This document shows positions 21,224-30,740 of a stretch of DNA of 64,000 nucleotides, in pieces. The notes below the pieces were generated by a model that was not told the origin of the DNA, searched no databases, and worked only from the letters and a program-made list of their open reading frames with translations. The position numbers were made by a program, and so were the translations under genes. The first letter of the stretch is position 1. Every line of letters starts with the position of its first letter. Source of the stretch: an uncultured bacterium (GTDB lineage Bacteria > Krumholzibacteriota > Krumholzibacteriia > LZORAL124-64-63); the NCBI GenBank assembly GCA_963727525.1, contig CAVSGO010000007.1:1088001-1152000 (forward strand), given 5' to 3'.

Positions 21224-22046
21224 GGGTACCCCCGGCCGGCGGGGCCAGCGTGTATTCCTTGAGGTTTGCGGCGATCGATCCCACCGGCAGCTTCGTCTTC
21301 ATCAGCACCGGCATGCGCCGGTCGTCGGCTGTGAGGTAGATGACCAGATCGCCCTCCTGCTTGAAGAGCCCCTCGCCAATCATGATCGGCTGCACGACGA
21401 AGCAGTCGAACGTCCCGAGGTCGGTCTTCACTTCTTCACGCCCCAGCACGATCACGCGCATGTCGTAGGTCTTCTTCGAACTGTGCGCCGAAAAGAATAC
21501 GTCGTGACCGACGGCCAAGTCCAGCGTCCGGACGTAGTAAAAGGCCGAAAGCACGTCCTGCACGCCACGGACGATGTCGAAGCTGCGGCCCCCGTCGTAC
21601 ACCGCCTTGCCGGCGTCCTGGTCGAAACGCACCTCCACCGTCTTCTTGTAGTCGCCCTCGCGCAATCGTTTCTGGAAGTAACGGCTGAACAGACCCTCGG
21701 CGTCCATGTGGCTGATGACGCGGTCGCGCACCTTGTAGAAGCTCGAGAAAAATCCATTGCTGCGCGCCGTGCTCTCGATCTCGTAGCAGCGATGGCCGTC
21801 GTCGTCCACCATGCCGAGTACCGAGAGCACTCCCTCGCCGGCGTTGATGAAGCCGTAATCGATCGAGAAGACGAAGCGTTCGCCCGGACCGAAGGGGACA
21901 CGCACCGTCTGCGCGGTGGTCGTGTCGGGAGCCGCCGTCGTGTCGGCGTCGGTCTGGGCCGACGCGATCGGGACAGCCGAGCCGACGGCCAAGAGCGCCA
22001 CGAGGCTCAGCGGGGACAGGTTGGAGCGCAACGTCGTGGTGCGCAT
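21216..22046 (-). CDS. Secreted DUF3108-like protein
   Basis: Signal peptide, PFGPGERFVFSIDYGFINAG, FYKVRD, QDVLSAFYYVR, YLTADDRRMPV. Confidence 0.8.
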   Translation of the reverse strand: MRTTTLRSNLSPLSLVALLAVGSAVPIASAQTDADTTAAPDTTTAQTVRVPFGPGERFVFSIDYGFINAGEGVLSVLGMVDDDGHRCYEIESTARSNGFFSSFYKVRDRVISHMDAEGLFSRYFQKRLREGDYKKTVEVRFDQDAGKAVYDGGRSFDIVRGVQDVLSAFYYVRTLDLAVGHDVFFSAHSSKKTYDMRVIVLGREEVKTDLGTFDCFVVQPIMIGEGLFKQEGDLVIYLTADDRRMPVLMKTKLPVGSIAANLKEYTLAPPAGGTHD

Positions 22047-22062
22047 GGCATCGTCCTTTTCT

Positions 22063-23130
22063 TCAGACCGGGGCGGTAGCCGACAGGCGCCCCAGCAGCG
22101 CGAGCACGGCTGCCGTCACGGTCGCGGGCGCCAGCGCATCCAGGCAGGGATGACCCGGCACGGGACACGCCGTCAGGTTGCAAGGGGCACAGGGCACCGG
22201 ATGCCGCAGGGCAACGTGTCGCGGATCGGCCGGGTTCCACCCGCGCGTGTCCGTCGGACCGAAGAGCGTCACCGTCGGGACGCCCAGGCAGGTGGCCAGG
22301 TGCCGGGAACCGTTGTCCGTGCCGACGCAAACGTCGCAGCGCGCCAGCAGATCCGCCAGTTCGAGAAGCGTGGTCGGCGGCGCCACCTCGGCCGCCGGGA
22401 GCACCTCGCGCATGGCCGCCACGTACGGCTCGTCGCCGGGCCCGGGGACCAGGAGCGCCATCACGCCGGCATGGGTGAGCTGGTCGGCGAGGCGCGCGGC
22501 CGCGGCCGCCGGCCAGGCTTTGGCCGACCAGCTCGCGCTGAAGATCATGGCGGCGCGGGGTCGCGGCGTGGCTTCCCAGGTCGCGATCCAGTCGCGGTAG
22601 CGTGGCGAGAGCGCCGCCGCCGACACGGTGAGCGCCCCCTCGCCCGCCGCCCGCCACGGCGAGGGATCCAGACCGAGAGCGCGCAACGGATCGAGGAAGG
22701 CCTCGCCCGCGAAGGCCGCCACCTCCGCGCCGGCCACCCGATTGCGCGGCACGCGTACGTTGTAGGCCCAGCGCCGGCGCGGCAGATCGTATCCCACGCG
22801 CAGCGGCGCCGCCGTGAGCGCGGTCCACAGCGCGGTGCGCGGGCTGCCGAGGTAGTCCACGACCAGGTCGTACCGCGCGGTTCGCAGCTGGCGCAGCCAG
22901 CCACCCTCGCGCGGCGGCCAGGCTACCACATGCAGATCGCTCGCGAGCGCCGCGAGCAGGGGCGCGAAGGGACGATCGACCACGAGGTCGATCGTGGCTC
23001 CCGGCAACGCCGCCGCCAGTTCCAGCACGGCCGGCAGCGTCACGAGCGCGTCGCCCAGCGCCTTGCGCCGCAGTACGAGCACCCGCCGAACAGTGCGCAG
23101 ACACACCGCCAGTGACATCGCGCGCGTCAT
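22063..23130 (-). CDS. Glycosyltransferase family 9 (heptosyltransferase-like)
   Basis: RKALGDALVTLP, AKAWP, GTDNGSRHLA, TVTLFGPT, CAPC. Confidence 0.9.
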   Translation of the reverse strand: MTRAMSLAVCLRTVRRVLVLRRKALGDALVTLPAVLELAAALPGATIDLVVDRPFAPLLAALASDLHVVAWPPREGGWLRQLRTARYDLVVDYLGSPRTALWTALTAAPLRVGYDLPRRRWAYNVRVPRNRVAGAEVAAFAGEAFLDPLRALGLDPSPWRAAGEGALTVSAAALSPRYRDWIATWEATPRPRAAMIFSASWSAKAWPAAAAARLADQLTHAGVMALLVPGPGDEPYVAAMREVLPAAEVAPPTTLLELADLLARCDVCVGTDNGSRHLATCLGVPTVTLFGPTDTRGWNPADPRHVALRHPVPCAPCNLTACPVPGHPCLDALAPATVTAAVLALLGRLSATAPV

Positions 23131-24251
23131 GGCGCCCCACCCCGCGCCGGCAGGGCCGCCAGAGCGTCGGCGACACGATCCGGTGCGAGATCCGGCAGAC
23201 AGATGAATGCGTCGCAGGTATGCCGGTCGCAGGGGAAGCAGGCCGGGCGAGTGGCAAGCACGCGGTATGGCCCGATATCCTCGTAGGGGAACCAGATGCG
23301 CGGATCGGTGGGACCGAAGAGCGCCAGCGTCGGCACGCCCATCGCCACGGCCGCGTGCATGATGCCACCGTCCACGCTCACCAGGCGAGCCGCGGCACCG
23401 ACCACCTCGAGCGCCTCCGCCAGCGGCAACGGGGGAAGCAGTCCCGGAAGACCGGCGTACGTGTCCGCATCACCGGGCGGCGCCAGCACGACGAGGGGAC
23501 CGGCGCCCGTCGCCTGCAGACGCCGCGCCAGTGCGTGCCAGTGCGCGGCGGGCCAGGCCTTGGTGGGCCACGTGGCCGCGGGCGCGAGGAGCGTGAAGGC
23601 CCCGGGCGCCGCGCCCAGGCGCGCGAGGGCTCCGATCACCGCGGGCGTGGGCGGCGGGATCGCGACGCGGGGATGCAATGTGCGCGGCGCGACGTGCGCG
23701 CGTATCCAGGCGAGGGCGTCCAGGCCCGACTCGCGCTGCTGCAGAGGTGCCAGGCGCGCGAGGTGGTCGCCGAGCCCGCCCGCGACGACGCCGGCAAGCG
23801 CCGACGCCGGTGCCGGTGCCGCATGAGTGTAGAGTCGCCGCCGACTGCCGGTCGCCCCACCGACGCGCGCCGGTACGCCAGCCAGCGCGAGGAGCCAGGC
23901 GCTGCGCGGATTGAAGAAGAGATCGATGGCCGCGTCGTAATGCCCCCGGCGCAACGCCGCGATCGTGGCGAGCGTGCCGCCTCCCATCGTCGCCGACCGC
24001 CCCGGCATGGCATGCCGGGCCCGCGCATCACCCCCACGCCGGCGCGTCCGCAACGGGTGCACCCGCGTCAGGAGCGGATGGGCAGAGAGGACGGGCGCGT
24101 ACGTGTCCTCGCAGAGGAACGCGAGCGTGAGGTCGGGGTCGCCACGGCGCAACACGTCGAGCACGACGGTGGCCATCGCGATGTCCCCGAGATAGCGCAG
24201 GCGCGTGACGAGGATCCGCCGCAGCGGGCGACCGTCGAGCTCCCAGGTCAT
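23127..24251 (-). CDS. Glycosyltransferase family 9 (heptosyltransferase-like)
   Basis: RLRYLGDI, PAATWPTKAWP, SVDGGIMHAA, LFGPTDP, CFPC. Confidence 0.9.
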   Translation of the reverse strand: MTWELDGRPLRRILVTRLRYLGDIAMATVVLDVLRRGDPDLTLAFLCEDTYAPVLSAHPLLTRVHPLRTRRRGGDARARHAMPGRSATMGGGTLATIAALRRGHYDAAIDLFFNPRSAWLLALAGVPARVGGATGSRRRLYTHAAPAPASALAGVVAGGLGDHLARLAPLQQRESGLDALAWIRAHVAPRTLHPRVAIPPPTPAVIGALARLGAAPGAFTLLAPAATWPTKAWPAAHWHALARRLQATGAGPLVVLAPPGDADTYAGLPGLLPPLPLAEALEVVGAAARLVSVDGGIMHAAVAMGVPTLALFGPTDPRIWFPYEDIGPYRVLATRPACFPCDRHTCDAFICLPDLAPDRVADALAALPARGGAP

Positions 24252-24832
24252 GCCCCTCCCACGATCGCCGCCACGGCCGCGAGCACGTCGTCGGCCACGA
24301 GCACGCCGCGGCGATCACCGAGCCGATGTTCCTGCTGAGCGCCATAGCCGGTGCGCACGAGGCAGGGGCGCAGACCGTTCTCGAGCGCCAGATCGACATC
24401 GGAGAGCTTGTCGCCGATCACCCAGGACCGCGCGGGTTCCCAGGCCAGTGCCGCCGCGGTCTCCTCCAGCAGACCCGGCGCCGGCTTGCGGCAATGGCAA
24501 CCGGCCTCGGGCGCGTGCGGACAGTAGAAGAAGGCGTCCAGCGGCGTACCCGCCGCGGCGAGCAAGGCGTCGAACTGCCGCATCACCGAGGCGAAATCAT
24601 CGTGAGTGAACTTGCCACGCCCCAGGCCCGACTGATTCGACACGCCCACCAGCCGGTACCCCGCGGCGCGCGCCCGGCGTAGCGCCTCGGGCACGCCCGG
24701 GAAGAACTCCACATGCTCGGCGTCGCGCAGGTAGTCTTTCTCCAGGACCAGGACACCGTCGCGGTCGAGGAAGAGCGTCGGCGCCGCCGTGACCACGGGC
24801 GCACGCGCAACTTCGGCAGGCCAGCGGCTCAC
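24248..24832 (-). CDS. gmhB: D-glycero-D-manno-heptose-1,7-bisphosphate phosphatase (HAD)
   Basis: FLDRDGVL, VSNQSG, CPH...CHCRKPAPG, IGDKLSD. Confidence 0.92.
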   Translation of the reverse strand: MSRWPAEVARAPVVTAAPTLFLDRDGVLVLEKDYLRDAEHVEFFPGVPEALRRARAAGYRLVGVSNQSGLGRGKFTHDDFASVMRQFDALLAAAGTPLDAFFYCPHAPEAGCHCRKPAPGLLEETAAALAWEPARSWVIGDKLSDVDLALENGLRPCLVRTGYGAQQEHRLGDRRGVLVADDVLAAVAAIVGGA

Positions 24833-25920
24833 GGGGCATCCTTTCGCTCGGTGTCCACGGCGTCGTTCACAGCGGCCAGCACGGTCCCGGCCGTCACCGT
24901 ATCAAGGCAGAAGCGCGGCTGGTTGCAGGTCTTGCGAAAGCAAGGCTGGCACGGAAAGCCGACAGCCGTCAACGCCCGCGCGTTCGCGCCGCGGGGAGCG
25001 GTCCAGGCGGGACTCGACGAGCCGAAGATTCCCACCGTGGGCACCCCGAGCGCCGCGGCAACGTGCATGAGTCCGCTGTCGTTGCCCACGAAGACCTCCG
25101 CCGACCGCAGGATGTCGACCACGGCGAGCAGGTCCGTGCGGCCCACGCGATCGATCGCCGCGGCCGGTCCAGCGGTCTCGTCGCGCCAGGACACGGAAGC
25201 CGCGTCGCGGATCGCGCAGGCCAGACTGCGCGTGCTCGCATCTCCCAGCAGCAGCACGCGCACGCCCCGCGCACGCACGGCCTCGGTGACGAATGCCGCC
25301 ATGTGCAGCACCGGCCACGTCTTGGCCGGCCCGTAGGTGGTGCCCGGGGCCAGCACCCACACGGGTGGACCCGCGCCGAGATCGGCGGCCGGACGTGCGG
25401 CAAGCCCCGGCAAGCTCGGCACGGCCGCGGTATCCGGCTCCTGATCCCGCAGATCGCACGCCGCGAGGGCGGCACGCGCCAGGTCGCTCATCTCGTCGCC
25501 GTAATGCCGACGACCGCGCGGTCGGCCCGGCGCCACCGCGTGCGTCAGCAGGAATCGGCGCCCGTCGGTCGACTGGCCCACGCGAATGGGAATCCGCGCC
25601 AGCGCCGCGGCCGCCGCCATGCGCAGCGACGGGGGCGTGATCACGGCAGCGGCGGCCGGTGCAGCGCGCCAGCAGCTTGCGAGGCGTCCGACACCGAGCC
25701 AGCCCGCGTGCCGACCGGTGCGCTCGTAGAGGATACAACCGTCGATGCGCGGATCAGCCTGCAACAGCGGCGCCCAGCGCCGCCGCACCGACACGTCCAC
25801 GCCCATGCCCGCGGCGTGGGCAGCCGCCGCGAGGCGATCGAGCGCGGGCAAGGTCATCACGAGGTCGCCGAGCCAGTTGGGCAGGACCAGCAACAGCCGC
25901 CGAGCGCGGGTGTCGGGCAT
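24829..25920 (-). CDS. waaF: LPS heptosyltransferase II
   Basis: PNWLGDLVM, PGTTYGPAKTWP, GNDSGLMHVAAA, CQPCF. Confidence 0.85.
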   Translation of the reverse strand: MPDTRARRLLLVLPNWLGDLVMTLPALDRLAAAAHAAGMGVDVSVRRRWAPLLQADPRIDGCILYERTGRHAGWLGVGRLASCWRAAPAAAAVITPPSLRMAAAAALARIPIRVGQSTDGRRFLLTHAVAPGRPRGRRHYGDEMSDLARAALAACDLRDQEPDTAAVPSLPGLAARPAADLGAGPPVWVLAPGTTYGPAKTWPVLHMAAFVTEAVRARGVRVLLLGDASTRSLACAIRDAASVSWRDETAGPAAAIDRVGRTDLLAVVDILRSAEVFVGNDSGLMHVAAALGVPTVGIFGSSSPAWTAPRGANARALTAVGFPCQPCFRKTCNQPRFCLDTVTAGTVLAAVNDAVDTERKDAP

Positions 25921-25925
25921 GATGC

Positions 25926-27050
25926 TCAGGCCCCGGCAGGCGGCGGCGTCGCGGGCGCGGCCGACGCCGGCACGAGCGTCACGTTGCGCGCCCGGGCGCC
26001 GCGACCTTCCGTGACGGTTTCGATGGCCGCCAGCAGCGTGGCAACGTCCACCTTCTCGCCCTTGGCCACCTGTAACACCTGCACGTGCCCGGGCGATTGG
26101 GGCAGCCAGCGTTCGCCGTCGCTACTGGTGAAGAGCCCCACCGTGGGCACCCCCTGCGCCACCGCCACGTGGAAGAGACTCGTGTTGCCGGCCAGGAAGA
26201 GATCACATTGGCAGAGCAACAGGACGGTCTCCAGCATCGTGTCGCGTTTCAACCCGATGGGCACGTTGGCGAGCTGCGCCTCGAACTTCTGGAGGCGTTC
26301 CTGATTTGCGGCGTCCGTCAGCGGCAGCACGCGGCACGAGACGTGGCCCGTGACCTGGCGCGCGAGATAGAGAAGATTGTCGATGGCGAGACCGTGCCCC
26401 GTCATGCCGAGGCCCGGATCCATGCCCACGAGGAGCTGTTCCTTGTTCGGCTTGTGGAAATGCACGAGTTGAGCCATCTGCCGCAGCTTGTCGGCCGGCA
26501 GCGGCCAGCCCCGCGGCACATCGTCCGGCGCCAGACCCAGGTAGGGAGCGAGCTGCTGCGGCAGATCGCCGGCGTACCCCGACGCGGGCTCGGTGCGGCG
26601 CAGCTCCATGTTGATCGCCGGGTAGTTGTCCTTGTGGCTGGGGCCGATGCGCAGCGGTGCGCCGCTCGCGAGGGCCAGCCCTTCCAGCGGCGGTTGCGGC
26701 GCCACGGACATGACGAGGGCCACGTCGTAACCGGTCTTGCCCAGGGAGCGCAGAAGCGCGGCATAGGCCGGACGCCAGGGATTGAGCTGCTTCTCGGTGT
26801 AGATGAGCACCTGGCGCGCGACGCCGCTGGGCACCACGAGGGGAGCAAAGGGTTCGGGCAAGAGCACGTCGATACTCGCCCCCGGCCAGCGTTTGCGGAT
26901 CCCGGCCAGCAGTGGCACGTGGAAGAGGAAGTCGACGAGATCGGCGGTGGCGACGGCCAGGATGCGGGCGCCATCGTTGATGGCGCCGGGCAGGCAGAAG
27001 GGCCCGCTTTCCTTGCGGCCGAAGAGATTCTTGAGCACCTGGTCGAGCAT
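25926..27050 (-). CDS. Divergent glycosyltransferase family 9 protein
   Basis: GT9-like layout (RKRWPGASIDVL, LAGNTSLFHVAVAQGVPTVGLF), but the usual xGD and DSG motifs are degenerate. Confidence 0.75.
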   Translation of the reverse strand: MLDQVLKNLFGRKESGPFCLPGAINDGARILAVATADLVDFLFHVPLLAGIRKRWPGASIDVLLPEPFAPLVVPSGVARQVLIYTEKQLNPWRPAYAALLRSLGKTGYDVALVMSVAPQPPLEGLALASGAPLRIGPSHKDNYPAINMELRRTEPASGYAGDLPQQLAPYLGLAPDDVPRGWPLPADKLRQMAQLVHFHKPNKEQLLVGMDPGLGMTGHGLAIDNLLYLARQVTGHVSCRVLPLTDAANQERLQKFEAQLANVPIGLKRDTMLETVLLLCQCDLFLAGNTSLFHVAVAQGVPTVGLFTSSDGERWLPQSPGHVQVLQVAKGEKVDVATLLAAIETVTEGRGARARNVTLVPASAAPATPPPAGA

Positions 27051-27060
27051 CCGTCGCCTT

Positions 27061-29439
27061 CTAGTCGAGGCCGGGGAAGATCACCTTCCACACCTCGTCG
27101 ATGTGAGCGGCCGGTACGAACGTCACTGCCGCGCGCACCTCGTCGGGAATGTCCTCCAGATCGGGTACGTTGGCCTGCGGCATGATCACGCGCCGGATCC
27201 CGACGCGGTGCGCCGCCAGCACCTTCTCCAGCAGACCGCCGATCGGGAGCACCTCGCCGATGAGCGTGAGCTCCCCGGTCATGGCCGTGCGCCGGTCGAC
27301 GGGCTTGCCGAGCATCAGCGATAGCAATACGGAGGCCATCGCGATCCCGGCACTCGGGCCGTCCTTGGGAATGGCCCCCGCCGGCACGTGGATATGGATG
27401 TCTTGCCGGAAGAAGTGCTGATATTCCTTGAGGTTACCGAATCGACTGCGCAGGTAGCTATGAGCTGCCACCACCGATTCCTGCATTACACTGCCCAGCT
27501 GTCCCGTGAGTTTGAGCTGCCCGCTCCCCCCGGGCAGGACCACACCCTCGATGTACAGGATCTTGCCGCCCACGGGCGTCCAGGCCAGACCGGTGACCAC
27601 GCCGACACGGGCGCGCTTGCGCAGGCGGTCGCCCAGGTAGGACGCCTGACCGAGGTAATCCTCGAGGTTCGTGGCGTTGATCGCGTGAGCCTTGCGCCGC
27701 CCGCGCGCGACATCGCGCGCCACCTTACGACAGACTGCGCCGATCTTGCGTTCGAGCTCGCGCACGCCGGCCTCCCGCGTGTGCTCCTCGATGATGTGCA
27801 TGAGCCCCGCGTTCGTGAACCGGATCTTCCTGCGCGTGAGGCCGTTCTCGATCACCTGACGCGGCACCAGATAGCGCCTGGCGATCTGCAGCTTCTCGAG
27901 GTTCGTGTAGCCGGCGATCTGGATGATCTCCATGCGATCGAGCAGCGGTCGCGGGATCGTGTCGAGCATGTTGGCCGTGGTGATGAACAGCACCTTCGAG
28001 AGATCGAAGGGTACGGCCAGATAGTGATCCGTGAAGCTGAAATTCTGCTCGGGATCGAGCACCTCGAGCAGGGCGCTCGCCGGGTCGCCTCGGAAGTCCT
28101 GCCCCAGCTTGTCGATCTCGTCGAGCATGATCAGCGGGTTGTACGTGCCGCACTCCTTGATCCCCGCGATGATGCGTCCCGGCATGGCGCCCACGTACGT
28201 GCGCCGGTGGCCACGGATCTCCGCCTCGTCGCGCATGCCGCCGAGGGAGAACCGGAAGAACTTACGACCGACCGCCTCGGCGATGCTGCGCCCGAGCGAC
28301 GTCTTGCCCACGCCCGGCGGACCGACCAGGCACAGGATGGGCCCGCGGTTGTCCTGCTTGAGCTTACGCACGGCAAGGAACTCGAGGATGCGTTCCTTCA
28401 CGTCCTCCAGGCCGTAGTGGTCGCGCTCGAGCATTTCCTCGGCCGTCTTCATATCGAGCTTGTCATCGCTGCCCACGAGCCACGGCAGGTCGAGCAGCCA
28501 GTCGAGGTAGGTCTTGCTCACCGTGTACTCGCTGGCGCCTGGCGACATGCGTGTGAGCCGGTCGAACTCGCGCTCCACCGTCGCCGCCACGGGAACCGGG
28601 AGCTTGGCGTCGTCGATGCGCTTGCGCAGTTCATCGAGTTCCACCGACCCCTCGTCGGCGTCGCCGAGTTCACGCTGAATCGCCTTCATCTGCTGGCGCA
28701 GGTAATACTCGCGCTGATCCTTGTCGATCGACTTGCGTACACGGCTCTGCAGCTTCTGTCCCAGTTCGAGCACGTCGAGTTCCCGCATGACCAGCTTGGC
28801 GAGCATCTGCAGGCGACGCCGCGGCGAGACCTCCTCGAGCACCTGCTGCTTCTCCTCCACCTCGATGTCGAGATTCGTGGCGATGAGATCGGCCAAGCGG
28901 CCGGGATCATCGATGTTCATGACGACGACCTTCAACTCGTCGCTGAGATTCTCGCTCGCATCGATGATCTTCAGGAAATTGTTCGCGACCCCGCGCATGT
29001 AGGCGAGGGTGCGCGAGTCGTCGTCGGCTTTCTCCTCGACCATCTCCACGGACGCACGGATATAAGGTTCCACCTGCTCGACCCCGGTGATGCGGCAACG
29101 CGCGACGCCCTGGCCGAGCAGGCGCATCGTGCCGTCGGGGAAGCGCAGCATCTTCTGGATGCGCACCGCCGTGCCGAAATCGTAGATGCGTTCGATGTCG
29201 GTGGATTCGTCGTCTTCCTCGTCGTCCGGCAGCTCGCGTTGCGCGAAGGCGCCGAGCACCTTGTCGCCGGCGAGACACTCGTCGGCCAGCTTGATGAGGT
29301 TGGGATCGCTCAGCACGAGCGGGACCATCATGTACGGAAAGATGACGGCCTCGCTGATCGGCAAGATCGGCAAGCTACCCGGCAACGTCCGCTCGTTGCT
29401 GATCTCGCTCACGGAGCGCTCTTTCACGTTGTCGGGCAT
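27061..29439 (-). CDS. lon: ATP-dependent protease La
   Basis: LON N-domain, GPPGVGKTS, DEAEIRGHRRTYVG, catalytic PKDGPSAG and Lys in GGLLEK. Confidence 0.98.
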   Translation of the reverse strand: MPDNVKERSVSEISNERTLPGSLPILPISEAVIFPYMMVPLVLSDPNLIKLADECLAGDKVLGAFAQRELPDDEEDDESTDIERIYDFGTAVRIQKMLRFPDGTMRLLGQGVARCRITGVEQVEPYIRASVEMVEEKADDDSRTLAYMRGVANNFLKIIDASENLSDELKVVVMNIDDPGRLADLIATNLDIEVEEKQQVLEEVSPRRRLQMLAKLVMRELDVLELGQKLQSRVRKSIDKDQREYYLRQQMKAIQRELGDADEGSVELDELRKRIDDAKLPVPVAATVEREFDRLTRMSPGASEYTVSKTYLDWLLDLPWLVGSDDKLDMKTAEEMLERDHYGLEDVKERILEFLAVRKLKQDNRGPILCLVGPPGVGKTSLGRSIAEAVGRKFFRFSLGGMRDEAEIRGHRRTYVGAMPGRIIAGIKECGTYNPLIMLDEIDKLGQDFRGDPASALLEVLDPEQNFSFTDHYLAVPFDLSKVLFITTANMLDTIPRPLLDRMEIIQIAGYTNLEKLQIARRYLVPRQVIENGLTRRKIRFTNAGLMHIIEEHTREAGVRELERKIGAVCRKVARDVARGRRKAHAINATNLEDYLGQASYLGDRLRKRARVGVVTGLAWTPVGGKILYIEGVVLPGGSGQLKLTGQLGSVMQESVVAAHSYLRSRFGNLKEYQHFFRQDIHIHVPAGAIPKDGPSAGIAMASVLLSLMLGKPVDRRTAMTGELTLIGEVLPIGGLLEKVLAAHRVGIRRVIMPQANVPDLEDIPDEVRAAVTFVPAAHIDEVWKVIFPGLD

Positions 29440-29485
29440 ATGGGCCGGCTCCTTGTGCGCATTGCGCCCTGCAGGTCCGCTCGAA

Positions 29486-29920
29486 CTAGAGATTCACGAC
29501 GATCTGCCGGCGCTGGCCTGTGCGCCGCTCGCCCTTGCTGAACGTCACGTAGAGGAAACCGTTGCGGTAGCGGGCCGCGGCCGATTCCGGATCCACGCTG
29601 GCCGTGATCGGGATCCGGCGCACGAACGGGCCGACATTGATCTCCATCTTGTGAAAATGCTTCTTGCCCGGACCCGCGTGCTCGCTGCGAATGCCGCGCA
29701 CGATCAGATTGGACTCGTCGCAGATCACCTCGACCTGCGCGGGCTCCATCCCCGCCAGGTCCATCTGGACGACGAAGCTGTCGTCCGTCTCGTAGACGTC
29801 GGTGGCCGGGCGCCAGCAGAGATCGCCCTCGGTGGGGATCGCTCCACCCTTCTGCCCATAGGACGTCACGAGGATCTCGAAGATCTCCTCGAGATCGCCT
29901 ATGCGGTCGGGTTTCTTCAT
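29486..29920 (-). CDS. Hsp20/alpha-crystallin family protein
   Basis: WRPATDVYET, DLAGM, ARYRNGFLYV. Directly upstream of lon. Confidence 0.9.
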   Translation of the reverse strand: MKKPDRIGDLEEIFEILVTSYGQKGGAIPTEGDLCWRPATDVYETDDSFVVQMDLAGMEPAQVEVICDESNLIVRGIRSEHAGPGKKHFHKMEINVGPFVRRIPITASVDPESAAARYRNGFLYVTFSKGERRTGQRRQIVVNL

Positions 29921-30035
29921 GACACCTCTCTCGCCTGTGGCGGACAGCGTGCCGCAGCGCGTGGCGCCGAGCGACGCTCGATATGCTAACCAGTGGCTGC
30001 GAGAGCGTCAACGCGAACCCGGAGGCCGGCGCGGC

Positions 30036-30644
30036 TCAGAACCGCCTCAGCACGCCCACGACCACACCCTGCACGCGGACGCGGTCTTCGGGGAATTCGA
30101 GAATGGGCACCTGGGGATTGGCGGGAATGAGGCGAATGACGGCGCCCTGACGCTGATATTGCTTCACGGTCACGCCCTCGCCATCGACCAGCGCGATCAC
30201 CGTCTCGCCGTTGCGGGCCGTTTCGCGCTCCTCCACGACGACGACATCGCCGCTGCGAATCTGCTCGTCGATCATCGAATCGCCCCTCACACGCAGGGCA
30301 TAGGTGCGTCCGCGGCCAAGCCACTGCTCGGGGAGCACGATCTCCTCCGCCTCGGGCAGGGCCTCGATGGGCAGGCCAGCCGCGACATCGCCCAGCAACG
30401 GAATGGTACACACGCCGTCGCCCACCCCGTGGCCGCGGATGACCTCCAGATCACGGCTCGCATTCTTGCGGCCGCGACGCAGATATCCCTTGGCGACGAG
30501 TTGGCTCACATGCTTGTGGACAGTGGCGACCGACGAGAGGTCGAAGCGATGCCCGATCTCCTGGAGGGTCGGGGCGAACCCATGGGTTTCGCTGTACTCG
30601 GTGACGAAGGCCAGGATCTCGGCCTGGCGACGGGTCAAGGGCAT
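30036..30644 (-). CDS. lexA: SOS repressor LexA
   Basis: N-terminal wHTH (LTRRQ...PTLQEI...SSVATVHKH), VAAG cleavage site, GDSM Ser and TVK Lys. Confidence 0.97.
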   Translation of the reverse strand: MPLTRRQAEILAFVTEYSETHGFAPTLQEIGHRFDLSSVATVHKHVSQLVAKGYLRRGRKNASRDLEVIRGHGVGDGVCTIPLLGDVAAGLPIEALPEAEEIVLPEQWLGRGRTYALRVRGDSMIDEQIRSGDVVVVEERETARNGETVIALVDGEGVTVKQYQRQGAVIRLIPANPQVPILEFPEDRVRVQGVVVGVLRRF

Positions 30645-30698
30645 GACGGCCTCCTCGGCGCGGCCGCGCGGGCGGCGGTGGTCGCGGTTGATGCCGTC

Positions 30699-30722
30699 AG
30701 TTTAGGCGAAAACAAGGCAAAA
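30699..30722 (-). promoter_or_regulatory. lexA promoter -10 with candidate direct-repeat operator
   Basis: Minus strand TTTTGCCTTGTTTTCGCC-TAAACT: an 11-bp-period repeat TT(T/C)GCC abutting a TAAACT -10 element. Confidence 0.5.
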
Positions 30723-30740
30723 TTCCACAAAAAAGTGTGA

